In this document: positions 51,275 to 60,329 of the stretch, in pieces
How the letters are laid out: every line of letters begins with the position of its first letter
How positions within the stretch are numbered: position 1 is the stretch's first letter
Made by a program: the position numbers and the translations under genes
Virus record (IMG/VR): IMGVR_UViG_3300016471_000863
Reading direction: 5' to 3' (one strand)
From: a virus
DNA length: 64,000 bases
The notes under the pieces: model-generated
The model's input: the letters and a program-made list of their open reading frames with translations, nothing else
Told to the model about the DNA's origin: nothing
Databases searched by the model: none

Positions 51275-52271
51275 GTTTTTTAACCCAATCGTTTATAAAA
51301 AATGGCAACGGTTTATCAATTCGTACACTATTTGTTTTTTGTCCAGTCCAAGCAGTATGAAATATATGACCACCCGTTTCACTTGCTAGTTGTTTGGCTT
51401 TCATTTTAATTTCTTCACCAGAAACATCATTCAATGATTTTTGAAAAAATGGATTCCAACCTTCAGGCTTAGAAGCCTTCTCTCCATATAATGAAAGCCA
51501 AGAATCATTCCAAAAATATTTGTATTTATGTATTTTTGAAGCAATACTCCACCAAGAAAAATGGTAAACTGTTGGTAAGTTTTCTACACTAGCATTGAAC
51601 CATTTTTCATATTCTTTTGCAGCATTCGTATCTGAAACTGCCTTTACTCTTATGTCGTCTACTTCTTTTGTTATAAAGTTTAAACACGGCACAATAAGCC
51701 CATTTTTTTTATTTATATAATCACAACCATCGCTTCCAGGTTTTGAATAGAGTAATCCATCCTTCTCCCATCTCAAAGGAGATGGAATACCATGAGTAAT
51801 ATTTGGATCATTTCTAGAAATTCTCCACTTCCACGGATTAACATCAACCCTTACCTTTTCTATTCCACCCCAATATTCAACAACAGGTAAAGCTAATAAC
51901 GGCACATCTTTCAAATAATTTGTTTTTTGCAATACAGATTCTATTTTCTTTCTCGAATTGGGCTCTACAACTTCATCTGCATCAATTTGCCATAAAAAAT
52001 CACCAGTACATTGCTCACGAGCAAATGCTTTGGTCATACCATCATATATTCCATGATTAGGAGCATTCCAGGGAATTTGGATTTGATAAACATTGAGTGA
52101 TGGAATTTCATCCATTAAAGCCTCTAAACGAGCCGAGGTGCCATCTTCTTTATCTGATGAGTCTACCACTACAATCTCATCACAAAAATCCGCTAATGAC
52201 CTTATGGTGGCTTCAAATGGATAGTCCATCTCTACAGCATTTCTTATTGTTGTATATCCACTTATTTTCAT
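51264..52271 (-). CDS. Glycosyltransferase, GT2/GT-A
   Basis: ISGYTTIRN; DEIVVVD...DGT; QIDADE. Confidence 0.85.
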   Translation of the reverse strand: MKISGYTTIRNAVEMDYPFEATIRSLADFCDEIVVVDSSDKEDGTSARLEALMDEIPSLNVYQIQIPWNAPNHGIYDGMTKAFAREQCTGDFLWQIDADEVVEPNSRKKIESVLQKTNYLKDVPLLALPVVEYWGGIEKVRVDVNPWKWRISRNDPNITHGIPSPLRWEKDGLLYSKPGSDGCDYINKKNGLIVPCLNFITKEVDDIRVKAVSDTNAAKEYEKWFNASVENLPTVYHFSWWSIASKIHKYKYFWNDSWLSLYGEKASKPEGWNPFFQKSLNDVSGEEIKMKAKQLASETGGHIFHTAWTGQKTNSVRIDKPLPFFINDWVKKHEI

Positions 52272-52352
52272 TTTATTTTCCTGACATTGTAATAGTTTTA
52301 ATAAAAATTATTATAGTAATCAACAAAATTAATGAATTAATAAAAATGCTAA

Positions 52353-53270
52353 TCATATACAATATTTGGTGCCGCTATAAACGCAATACATGCAACTATT
52401 CCTGTTTTTAACAAATCTTCGCTGTTGCAATTGATTTATCATGTTTTGAACTATATCAAGAGCTTTTTCCTCAGTTTTAGGTCCAACTGAAACAGGAACG
52501 AATTCACATCTAGAACCATCTTTTTTGGGAGTCCTTTTCAGGAGAACAAATCCTGTCTTTACCTGCGTTAAATCTAAGTTATTTAACTTACACCAAAAAT
52601 GTTTGTATAGTACAAGTTGCAATTGTTTTTGAAAATCTCGTTTTTTATCTGGAGTCCATCCAAAAGACGTAGTTTTCCAATCTAGAATTATTGTCTGATA
52701 CTCATCATTTGAGTGATCTTCGCCAGTTAACTCTGACAATCTCATTGGAGAATTTTTATTTATAGCTTTTCTTTGCTTTACAGGAACTTTGATTATGCAA
52801 TCAATGAATCCTTTGAAATATTTTTCTTTTTGATTTTGAACTTCTTCAAATAAATTCCATTCAGTAGCTACGGGTAGCCAACCTGGAAAAGTTTCATCTA
52901 ACCATCCTGGTACTTGTTTTAGGATTGGTCCAATTGCTTCAGAAAATTCTTCTATTTCTTTTTCTGAATACAGCGAAGGATCAATCTCTTTGAGTTTCAA
53001 CATTCTTTCGGAAAAATCTTTTATAGTCTTCTCTACTACTTCTTCCGTCATAGAATGACGGGTCATAATAAATTCTTCTAAAGTATCGTGTATCGAACTT
53101 CCGAATTCCGTATGAATACTCGGCTTATCTAACGATATTTTATCTATATGCTTTAACTTGTGGCGAAAGCTACATTGTAACCAATCGTAAGCTTCTGAAT
53201 ACGAAATTGAATGTTTACCGGTTGGCAACATATATTTTTCATTTAATACTGGAAGTTCTTTTTTTTGCAT
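52353..53270 (-). CDS. PD-(D/E)XK Cas4/RecB-like exonuclease with probable Fe-S cysteines
   Basis: ISYS...C; FGSSIH; GFID; ILDWKT; QLVLY; C-terminal CMYC......C. Confidence 0.85.
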   Translation of the reverse strand: MQKKELPVLNEKYMLPTGKHSISYSEAYDWLQCSFRHKLKHIDKISLDKPSIHTEFGSSIHDTLEEFIMTRHSMTEEVVEKTIKDFSERMLKLKEIDPSLYSEKEIEEFSEAIGPILKQVPGWLDETFPGWLPVATEWNLFEEVQNQKEKYFKGFIDCIIKVPVKQRKAINKNSPMRLSELTGEDHSNDEYQTIILDWKTTSFGWTPDKKRDFQKQLQLVLYKHFWCKLNNLDLTQVKTGFVLLKRTPKKDGSRCEFVPVSVGPKTEEKALDIVQNMINQLQQRRFVKNRNSCMYCVYSGTKYCI

Positions 53271-53411
53271 AAAATCTACAATAACATGTTAAAATTTCAT
53301 TTTTAAACATAAACTCGCTCTTAAAGAGCATTGGAATAAAATTTTTTAGAGAGGACTAAAAATAATGATTTGCAATTATCGTTTTAGATAACTGTTGATA
53401 TCTGTAAATAG

Positions 53412-53435
53412 AAATACCCCGCTATCGGGGTATTT
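53412..53435 (-). terminator. Intrinsic terminator downstream of the IMPDH/GMPR gene
   Basis: Perfect stem AAATACCCCG-ctat-CGGGGTATTT a few nt past the stop codon. Confidence 0.75.
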
Positions 53436-53439
53436 TCGT

Positions 53440-54459
53440 TCACTTCATTGCTGTATGTCTTATGCCAAACTTTGCATTCATTTGGAATTCGCAGAGATTA
53501 CAAGAATTAGAATAAGAGAAGGAACTCTGCAACCCACCCTTAATCTGATTTACAATATCAACTGCGCTATGCTCACTTGCGTCAATCAATGTTGAAACTC
53601 CTTCTGCCGTTGGCAATGAAGAAGAATTACGAATGGTTAGCATTGCATCCTTGCTTGCCATGCCACGATAAACCTTCTTACCGCCTACACGTTCACCAGG
53701 AGCTTCACGGGCACCAGCAAACAAACGTCCACACATGACAAGATTAGCACCAGCGGCAAGAGCCTTGGCAATATCACCAATCTCAGTAATACCACCATCA
53801 GCTACAATAAGAGGCTTATTGCCATATATATCATGCAGAGCACTTGCACATTCCATTACAGCACTAAACTGAGGAACGGTAACGCCAGTAACATTCTTTG
53901 TGATGCAAACATTTCCGGGACCAATACCAGTCTTAATAGCATGAGCACCCCAGGAAGCAAGATCCTTAACAGCTTGTGCAGTAGCTACATTTCCTGCCAT
54001 AACATACACATCTGAATATGTTTCACGGAGCCATGTAATCATATCACGCATCATTCGTGAGTGACCATGTGCGATATCAATAACAAAGTTACGGGCACCG
54101 GCAGCATGAAGAAACCGAGCACGATCTTTACTTTCTTCATTTACCCCGATGGATACGAAACAAGGATGGGATTTATTACCGGATGCGGTTTGAAACTCAT
54201 GGATATTCTGTTCAACCGTCATAAAACGGTGAATGGCTCCAATAGCACCACCTTCTGCCATAGCATGAGCCATTTCACCAGCAGTAACGGTATCCATATT
54301 AGCGGAAATGACGGGAACATCAATCTTAAAGTCGCCAATATGAACACTTGTATCTACTTGAGAACGAGAAGTAACTTCGCTGTATTGAGGTACTATATAC
54401 ACATCCTTATAGTCCAAATCTCCAGAATTATTAAATTCTTTTAAAAACTTATCAGCCAT
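53440..54459 (-). CDS. IMP dehydrogenase / GMP reductase family protein (no CBS domains)
   Basis: ANMDTVT; IDIAHGHS; AGNVAT; GIGPGNVCITK; ADGGI...GDIAKAL; YRGMAS; AEG. Confidence 0.92.
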   Translation of the reverse strand: MADKFLKEFNNSGDLDYKDVYIVPQYSEVTSRSQVDTSVHIGDFKIDVPVISANMDTVTAGEMAHAMAEGGAIGAIHRFMTVEQNIHEFQTASGNKSHPCFVSIGVNEESKDRARFLHAAGARNFVIDIAHGHSRMMRDMITWLRETYSDVYVMAGNVATAQAVKDLASWGAHAIKTGIGPGNVCITKNVTGVTVPQFSAVMECASALHDIYGNKPLIVADGGITEIGDIAKALAAGANLVMCGRLFAGAREAPGERVGGKKVYRGMASKDAMLTIRNSSSLPTAEGVSTLIDASEHSAVDIVNQIKGGLQSSFSYSNSCNLCEFQMNAKFGIRHTAMK

Positions 54460-54462
54460 AAA

Positions 54463-55350
54463 TTATTCCTTGTTTATAATTTTCCAAAATCTGTTGTATG
54501 AATTTTTTAGATAGTTTATGGTATCATCTATATTTTCTGTTCTAAACCATTCTTCATCTTTATGTTGAACATTTTCATTTAGATCTAATTGTAGCCCCAT
54601 GAGTTTTGCTTCAATTACAAGTCGTGGGCAGGTATCGAATCCGGCAGGATGAAATATTAAACCTTTGTATTCTCCAAGTTTTTGAATAAACTGTTCATAT
54701 GGCAAACCGCCAATTAAATCATAATCTAATCCTTTAGATTTGGCATATGCTTCTGTAGCTTCTTGAGCTTTAATCCATGATCCGCCTTTGAGTATTGCCC
54801 ATTTATCATTGGATGCTCTATTATTTCTTATTTCAAGTAGGACTTTATAATCTTTTTCTTCCCAAGCAGAAGACAATACTTTTGCATTACTTTTCAGTGC
54901 GGGAAACCATTTGCAATATTCATTCATTTGTCCTGTTGACATGAAAAATAAATGCTCTGCCCTCCTGTAGAATGATGCTACCCATTTTCCGTAGGAGTCT
55001 GTGTGACAATCACAATCAACTTGCGTTTTTAACTTATGTAAATGGCTTGATCTATATTTGCAATATTTGTAATCATATTCGATAATTGAATATTTGCAAC
55101 CAGATTGTACTAACTGAATTCTACCTTCAATTGGAGATTGATTCCAATTACATAAAACCCAATATTTATCTGTATTTTTTTGAACTAATTCAGGAGTTAG
55201 TGATTCGCTGTGCAGTTTAAATACGTTTTTTTTGCTACAATTAATAATTGCATCGGTTGTTAATTCAGCACCGCCAATATATTCATTAGAATATAAATCG
55301 GCTACAAATATTACTTCTGTAGTTGGTGGAATGAAATATTCTTTAGGCAT
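54463..55350 (-). CDS. GT-B-like glycosyltransferase
   Basis: GGAELT; DTCPRLVIEAKLMG; likely start ATG 55350 overlapping the upstream stop. Confidence 0.7.
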   Translation of the reverse strand: MPKEYFIPPTTEVIFVADLYSNEYIGGAELTTDAIINCSKKNVFKLHSESLTPELVQKNTDKYWVLCNWNQSPIEGRIQLVQSGCKYSIIEYDYKYCKYRSSHLHKLKTQVDCDCHTDSYGKWVASFYRRAEHLFFMSTGQMNEYCKWFPALKSNAKVLSSAWEEKDYKVLLEIRNNRASNDKWAILKGGSWIKAQEATEAYAKSKGLDYDLIGGLPYEQFIQKLGEYKGLIFHPAGFDTCPRLVIEAKLMGLQLDLNENVQHKDEEWFRTENIDDTINYLKNSYNRFWKIINKE

Positions 55351-57190
55351 TAGAATTCTCTGCTTTTGTATCTGTAGTTTCATTCGAGGGTGCATGGGTA
55401 GCTTCTGTTTCGGGAGCAGAAGGTTCTGCGCTAGCCTTCTCTTCCTCTACTAGTCTAACCTTATATTCAACCTCTAGTTCGACTCCGTATGGCTTATCAT
55501 CTCTCATAAGAATCTCTGCAAATCCAATTGCATTAGCAATTGACATATCTTCAAAAGTAACTTCGACATCAAATTGATTCTTTAGATTTGCCACATCCTT
55601 GCCATAAAGAATATCATTTTCAATCTTTTCGATCTTCATCTTTGTTGCAACATAGCCCTTACCCTCTTGGAATTGACCAATTCCAATAATATCGCCAGGA
55701 AGTATAGAATCAAAAAGTTGTGCAGTAGATTCCTCGTCTAAAACTAGAGATTTATTTTCCATTTCCGATAGTTGTTCGGGCTCAAGAATTCCCATAAGTT
55801 TCATAATTGCATTTGAAGTCTCTTGCGAAGCACGACCGGGATACTTGTGTTCATTTGGATGATTCTTTCTCTTAATCTTAATTGTCTGTTCTTCAACGAC
55901 CTTCATTGTCATATTGATTGACTCCATGTTTAAGTTTTGCAACTCTGTTTGTTCTATATTATCAAGATAATTGTTGAATATAAACATATTGAATGTTACA
56001 TTCCAAAGATTATTATTTTTAGTTCTCTTTCTTTCGAATCCCATTTCTCTTAATTTTGCCGCCAATAAATGATTTGGGTATTTAGAATATGATTTCAATC
56101 CATTTGATTTGAATAATCTTTCTCTTTGTAATGCTATTTCTTCAATTCCGACATAAGAAGATTTATCTGTGGCTACGGATAAGCTGTTGAAGAAATCTTT
56201 ATCTAACTTCAGTATCAATTCCTTTCTTTCTTTAGAAAGAAAGATTCTTTTTTCTTCCATAAATTGGAAATAAGATTCATTTACTTTTGTATGTGAGGTA
56301 TTTCTACTCTCATACTTGCATACAGAACCAACAATACATTTAATTTCTTCATTGCTTATGTTTTCTGCATTTTCGCAGAAGCTTACGTATTCTGATGCGT
56401 TCAAGTAAAGTTCAGCTTGAGATGCAATACCATTAGCTCTGTCAGAAGATAGTAATCTATGAATAGTGGTATTGCGTATACCATTTGGAATTTTCTTACC
56501 AGAAGAAATCATATCCCTTAATTCTTTAATTGAAAATTGTGACCAGGATCTTAAATCTTCTGTTACTACATGTTTTTTTTGTTTTTTCTTATTTGCTGAA
56601 TCTTTTATAGAAGACTCAATATTTTTCTTAGAAAAAAGAGCATCTAAAAATTCTTTAGGTAAATCTAAAATTTCCTGTTCTATAGATTCTGTAAATTCAA
56701 AATTATATCTATTTCCACTTTTATGAATAGAAGGTGGAATTATAACATATCCGTTTGTTCCTCTAATGTCAACCTTGTCTGCCAAATAGCTAACAGAATT
56801 GGGAATAGAATATTTACTCCAAAACCAATAATGCCAACCGCCGCTACCAGTCTGATAACGAAAAGTTTTAGGTAGACGATTTATAATCTCATGTTGTGAA
56901 TTATCAACATCTATTACAATTAATTTTTTATTTGTAACGCTAGAGAGACGACCAGTAGCTACCGCATAATTCACACCAGTTTTATTGAACCATTTATTTA
57001 TGTTTTCAATTTTATTTGTAGCAGAAAATTTCCAATTGTATTTCAATAAGGGATGTTTCCCAGGAGAACTGCATGAGGAATTACCACATGTACACTTCCC
57101 TTGCACCATAGAATGCAAAGGAAACATATAAAGATCATTCTTGATGAGAAATGAAATAACTTTATTTTTTATATTGCTTTCTGATTCCAT
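55343..57190 (-). CDS. Bifunctional DNA primase/polymerase (Prim-Pol) with PriCT-like region and an unrelated C-terminal domain
   Basis: CTCG...C.SPGKHP; NYAVATG; VIDVD; TGSGGWHYWF; DIRG..GYVIIPPSIH; G.RN; no Walker A motif. Confidence 0.88.
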   Translation of the reverse strand: MESESNIKNKVISFLIKNDLYMFPLHSMVQGKCTCGNSSCSSPGKHPLLKYNWKFSATNKIENINKWFNKTGVNYAVATGRLSSVTNKKLIVIDVDNSQHEIINRLPKTFRYQTGSGGWHYWFWSKYSIPNSVSYLADKVDIRGTNGYVIIPPSIHKSGNRYNFEFTESIEQEILDLPKEFLDALFSKKNIESSIKDSANKKKQKKHVVTEDLRSWSQFSIKELRDMISSGKKIPNGIRNTTIHRLLSSDRANGIASQAELYLNASEYVSFCENAENISNEEIKCIVGSVCKYESRNTSHTKVNESYFQFMEEKRIFLSKERKELILKLDKDFFNSLSVATDKSSYVGIEEIALQRERLFKSNGLKSYSKYPNHLLAAKLREMGFERKRTKNNNLWNVTFNMFIFNNYLDNIEQTELQNLNMESINMTMKVVEEQTIKIKRKNHPNEHKYPGRASQETSNAIMKLMGILEPEQLSEMENKSLVLDEESTAQLFDSILPGDIIGIGQFQEGKGYVATKMKIEKIENDILYGKDVANLKNQFDVEVTFEDMSIANAIGFAEILMRDDKPYGVELEVEYKVRLVEEEKASAEPSAPETEATHAPSNETTDTKAENSNA

Positions 57191-57254
57191 CTAGTTCAGT
57201 CTAGAGTAGGAACGTAAAACAATATATGTATTATACTAAGATTCTATCTTCTTA

Positions 57255-57968
57255 TTATGGTAGGCTTCCACTCACTGGGGGAACCCCCCCTAATTCAGCT
57301 CTTTTTTGAGCAACTAACCAATTTTTAATTTTTATATAAATTTCTTCTTTTTCGTATTCTGTTTTCATTAATTTATTAATGACATAATTCCTAAATGGAA
57401 ACATGAAATAATATGCTGAACTACAGAATTGCGTATCTGCTATCCATTCGGCATAGTATTTGGGGTCGTATCTATGTAAACGTGCGACCATCATGTTTAT
57501 ATGAAAGCCTCTAATCTCAGCCGCCGCCCGCCCCGGAGCTGGAATGGGAGCGAGAAATAAAAGAAACGCTAGACACAGTAGCCACCAAGGATTCCATATT
57601 GCTCCAATTGCTCCTAGAGCAAATATTGCTAATATTTGAGGAAATGCGTATGCTATTGTGTATAGAACAGTACCAAAGCGTTTTCTATCATACTCATGTA
57701 TTACTTCATGAGCCAATATTTCTATAACTTCGTTTACTCTATCTTCTTTTAAATTTCCAGAAGTATCAAAGTAATCTGCTGGATACCAACATTCACCTAG
57801 AGAAACTGTTATATATTTTGTATCTAATTCTGGATTAAATATTTTTCCAAAAAAACTAGCTATTGCATATAATCCAGTTTTGTGTTCTTTGTTTTTTATT
57901 TTAAAATTGGGATTAACAGGATAAGCAATGTCTTCTATAAATTTTTGAACTTTTGCTGGTATGATCAT
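57255..57968 (-). CDS. Membrane-embedded HEXXH zinc-metalloprotease-like protein (paralogue B)
   Basis: LAHEVIHE, hydrophobic hairpin, downstream EIRG. Confidence 0.7.
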   Translation of the reverse strand: MIIPAKVQKFIEDIAYPVNPNFKIKNKEHKTGLYAIASFFGKIFNPELDTKYITVSLGECWYPADYFDTSGNLKEDRVNEVIEILAHEVIHEYDRKRFGTVLYTIAYAFPQILAIFALGAIGAIWNPWWLLCLAFLLFLAPIPAPGRAAAEIRGFHINMMVARLHRYDPKYYAEWIADTQFCSSAYYFMFPFRNYVINKLMKTEYEKEEIYIKIKNWLVAQKRAELGGVPPVSGSLP

Positions 57969-57991
57969 AAAAACTCCTGCGCCTACTTAGA

Positions 57992-58660
57992 TCAATTATT
58001 TTCAAACCATGTTTTTATTTTACTGTAAATTTCTTCTTTTTCGTATTCAGTCTCTAAGAGACGCTTGACTACATAAGATTTAAATGGAAACATGAAATAA
58101 TATGCCGCACTGCAAAATTGTGTTTCTGCCGCCCATTCAGCTAATGCTTGTGGATTTCCATAAGATTTCATGCGGCTTAACATCATATTTGTATGATAGC
58201 CTCTTATTTCAATATAAGCTCTACCTGGAGATGGTATTGGAGCCAATAACAATAAAAATAGCAAGCATAATAACCACCATAAATTCCATATAGCACCGAT
58301 AGCTCCAAGAGCTAGCACAGCAAATATTTGAGGAGAAGCATACAGTAGCGTATATGGAACCGTTCCAAGTCTTTTCCTATCATATTCATGAAGCACTTCG
58401 TGTGCCAATACTTCAACAGCAGATTCAGCTCTATCTTCTCGAAAATCACCATTTTCATCAAAATAATCAGCAGGAAACCAGCATTCGCCTAGTAGTACTG
58501 TAATATATCTTGTATTTAATTCAGGGTTAAAAAGTTTTCCAAAAAATGTTAAAAAAGCATGTAATCCAGAGTCGTGTGCTTTGTTTTTTATCTTAAAATT
58601 TGGATTAACAGGATAAGCAATATCATTTAAAAATTTTTCCATGCGTGCAGGTAGTTTCAT
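57992..58660 (-). CDS. Membrane-embedded HEXXH zinc-metalloprotease-like protein (paralogue A)
   Basis: LAHEVLHE, hydrophobic hairpin, EIRG; colinear with its neighbour; AGGAG RBS. Confidence 0.7.
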   Translation of the reverse strand: MKLPARMEKFLNDIAYPVNPNFKIKNKAHDSGLHAFLTFFGKLFNPELNTRYITVLLGECWFPADYFDENGDFREDRAESAVEVLAHEVLHEYDRKRLGTVPYTLLYASPQIFAVLALGAIGAIWNLWWLLCLLFLLLLAPIPSPGRAYIEIRGYHTNMMLSRMKSYGNPQALAEWAAETQFCSAAYYFMFPFKSYVVKRLLETEYEKEEIYSKIKTWFENN

Positions 58661-58746
58661 ATAATTCTCCTATTGGTAAATAGGAATCAAATCACTTAAC
58701 TTATATTTACATTTCTTATTAGATATAAAATACTAATCTGGTACAT

Positions 58747-59391
58747 ATGAAAATTAATTCATCAGAACTCAATCCAGAAATTAAAACCCCGCAAATCCTT
58801 CTATTTAACCGGATTAAAACCAAATCTATTGCATATAACACAGCTAAACCGGTTGGTATAGGAGAAACTAAAGCCCTATTGCAAAAGATGGTTAAGGCTT
58901 GTTTATCGGATGATGGAGTTGGACTTGCTGCTCCTCAAATAAACATATTCAAACAACTGTTCATAATCCGTGAGATGGATGGGGAAGGAAAGCCCCTGGA
59001 AAGCTTTATAGCCTATTTTAATCCTGAGTGGAGAGCAGTAGCCGAAGAGGGTAAGGAAGAGGGCATAGAGGGCTGTTTAAGCGTTCCTGGGATACCATTT
59101 GTGGTTAGCCGCTGGAAGACTATAGATGCTACATGGTGGGAACTCCAAGAAGATGGAAGCTTTGTAGAACGTAAAGAAAGATTTACTGGATATAAGGCAA
59201 GAATATATCAACATGAGTGGAACCATCTTTCTGCAAAGAGTATTGTAGATATTGGCAAGCCTCATGGTGATGATCGGCTTATTGCTGAAGATAAGAAGCA
59301 GCAAAAGGTATTGAATACGGGCACTAATCTCAAGAATAAGGCTGTTAAAGTATCTGGTGGTGCATCTGGAGCAAGACCAAAATATAGTTGA
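58747..59391 (+). CDS. def: Peptide deformylase
   Basis: GVGLAAPQI; EGCLSVP; QHEWNHL. Confidence 0.95.
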   Translation: MKINSSELNPEIKTPQILLFNRIKTKSIAYNTAKPVGIGETKALLQKMVKACLSDDGVGLAAPQINIFKQLFIIREMDGEGKPLESFIAYFNPEWRAVAEEGKEEGIEGCLSVPGIPFVVSRWKTIDATWWELQEDGSFVERKERFTGYKARIYQHEWNHLSAKSIVDIGKPHGDDRLIAEDKKQQKVLNTGTNLKNKAVKVSGGASGARPKYS

Positions 59392-59397
59392 AAAAAG

Positions 59398-59421
59398 AAG
59401 GGGAGCTTTCATGCTCCCCTT
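59398..59421. terminator. Terminator hairpin between convergent def and hsp20
   Basis: AAGGGGAGC-tttcat-GCTCCCCTT with an A-run on the left (U-tail on the minus strand). Confidence 0.8.
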
Positions 59422-59453
59422 GTTATCCTGCTTGATTGGTTTTATCTAAATAT

Positions 59454-59804
59454 TCACAAGACCGGAACGTTTACTACTCCATCTTCTTCTTTTTTAAGAT
59501 TTGCTGAAACGGTAAGGATACCATCTATGCATTCAGCCTTAAGAGTAGTTGTATCTATATCTGGGAATGATACACGGAAGCTTGTAGAGCGTCCACCATT
59601 CTTACCGGATATAGAGAGTTGATCATCTTTCCAGGATACGGATATTTTATCTTTTGGAATACCTGGAAGTTCATAGGATACGGATGCAACGCCGTCTTTA
59701 ACTTTTATATTGTTAGCATAAGATGGGGTATATGTTTCCCAGGCATTGTTCCATACATCGTTGAATAGACGATCAAGAGCACGAGTTGAGTATAGTGTTA
59801 ACAT
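59454..59804 (-). CDS. Small heat-shock protein (Hsp20/alpha-crystallin)
   Basis: ELPGIPKDKISV; LSISG; AECIDGILTV; AAGGAG RBS. Confidence 0.9.
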   Translation of the reverse strand: MLTLYSTRALDRLFNDVWNNAWETYTPSYANNIKVKDGVASVSYELPGIPKDKISVSWKDDQLSISGKNGGRSTSFRVSFPDIDTTTLKAECIDGILTVSANLKKEEDGVVNVPVL

Positions 59805-59857
59805 AATTTATCTCCTTTTGTTATAGCGCCGATAGTTGTTGGCGCTTGGATAATTGG

Positions 59858-59885
59858 ATGATAAACAGGGAGAAAAACTTGTCAA
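59858..59885 (-). promoter_or_regulatory. Sigma70-type promoter for hsp20
   Basis: TTGACA (59885-59880), 16-nt spacer, TATCAT (59863-59858). Confidence 0.6.
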
Positions 59886-59915
59886 GGGGGTAGATGAAAA
59901 TATTTTTGACAGCTT

Positions 59916-59953
59916 AAAAAGAAAAAGGAGCACCGGTTTTTAATCGGCACTCC
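59916..59953 (-). terminator. Intrinsic terminator ending the paralogue operon
   Basis: GGAGTGCCGATT-aaa-AACCGGTGCTCC (G-U pairs, one mismatch) followed by TTTTTCTTTTT. Confidence 0.75.
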
Positions 59954-60029
59954 AGTTTCAAGCAGGAGAAATCATAGCTATATGATTTTATTAATCATGC
60001 AATGACGAACCAAAAAATGTATAAAATTT

Positions 60030-60323
60030 TCATTCATAACCGACTATGATTACATCAGAAGCTCCTGGTGGTGGCGTTCCTACCGAATAAACATATTGTC
60101 CAGACAAGAAGCCTCTATATACAGGTTGTAGTGGTGTTCCAATGGTTACAGTTCCTATTTCATTTAAATCATTTGCTAATGTGTCACCCCTGCCGTATGC
60201 CCCATAGCTATTTGCGGTATCTGTTACTGTTGGAGGTTTATTAATAGCGGTGCCTATAAACGAACCATAAGCATTTGCTATAACGTTATTTACACCGACA
60301 CTTGTTGTTGCCACATTAGCCAT
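60030..60323 (-). CDS. Small hypothetical protein, possibly structural
   Basis: G/T/S/N-rich 97-aa ORF co-transcribed with the paralogues. Confidence 0.55.
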   Translation of the reverse strand: MANVATTSVGVNNVIANAYGSFIGTAINKPPTVTDTANSYGAYGRGDTLANDLNEIGTVTIGTPLQPVYRGFLSGQYVYSVGTPPPGASDVIIVGYE

Positions 60324-60329
60324 ATATTA

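Noticed and set aside
31698-52271. Ordinary bacterial LPS/capsule locus
   Set aside because: It has no transport or polymerase genes and is flanked by baseplate genes, a phage sigma factor, Prim-Pol and a homing endonuclease.
52353-53440. CRISPR-Cas locus
   Set aside because: No repeat-spacer array or other cas genes are visible.
57277-57290. GGGGG-AA-CCCCCCC hairpin as a terminator
   Set aside because: It lies inside a coding 3' end, has a very short loop and has no U-tract.
59823-59848. CIRCE element
   Set aside because: The arms and spacing do not match TTAGCACTC-N9-GAGTGCTAA.
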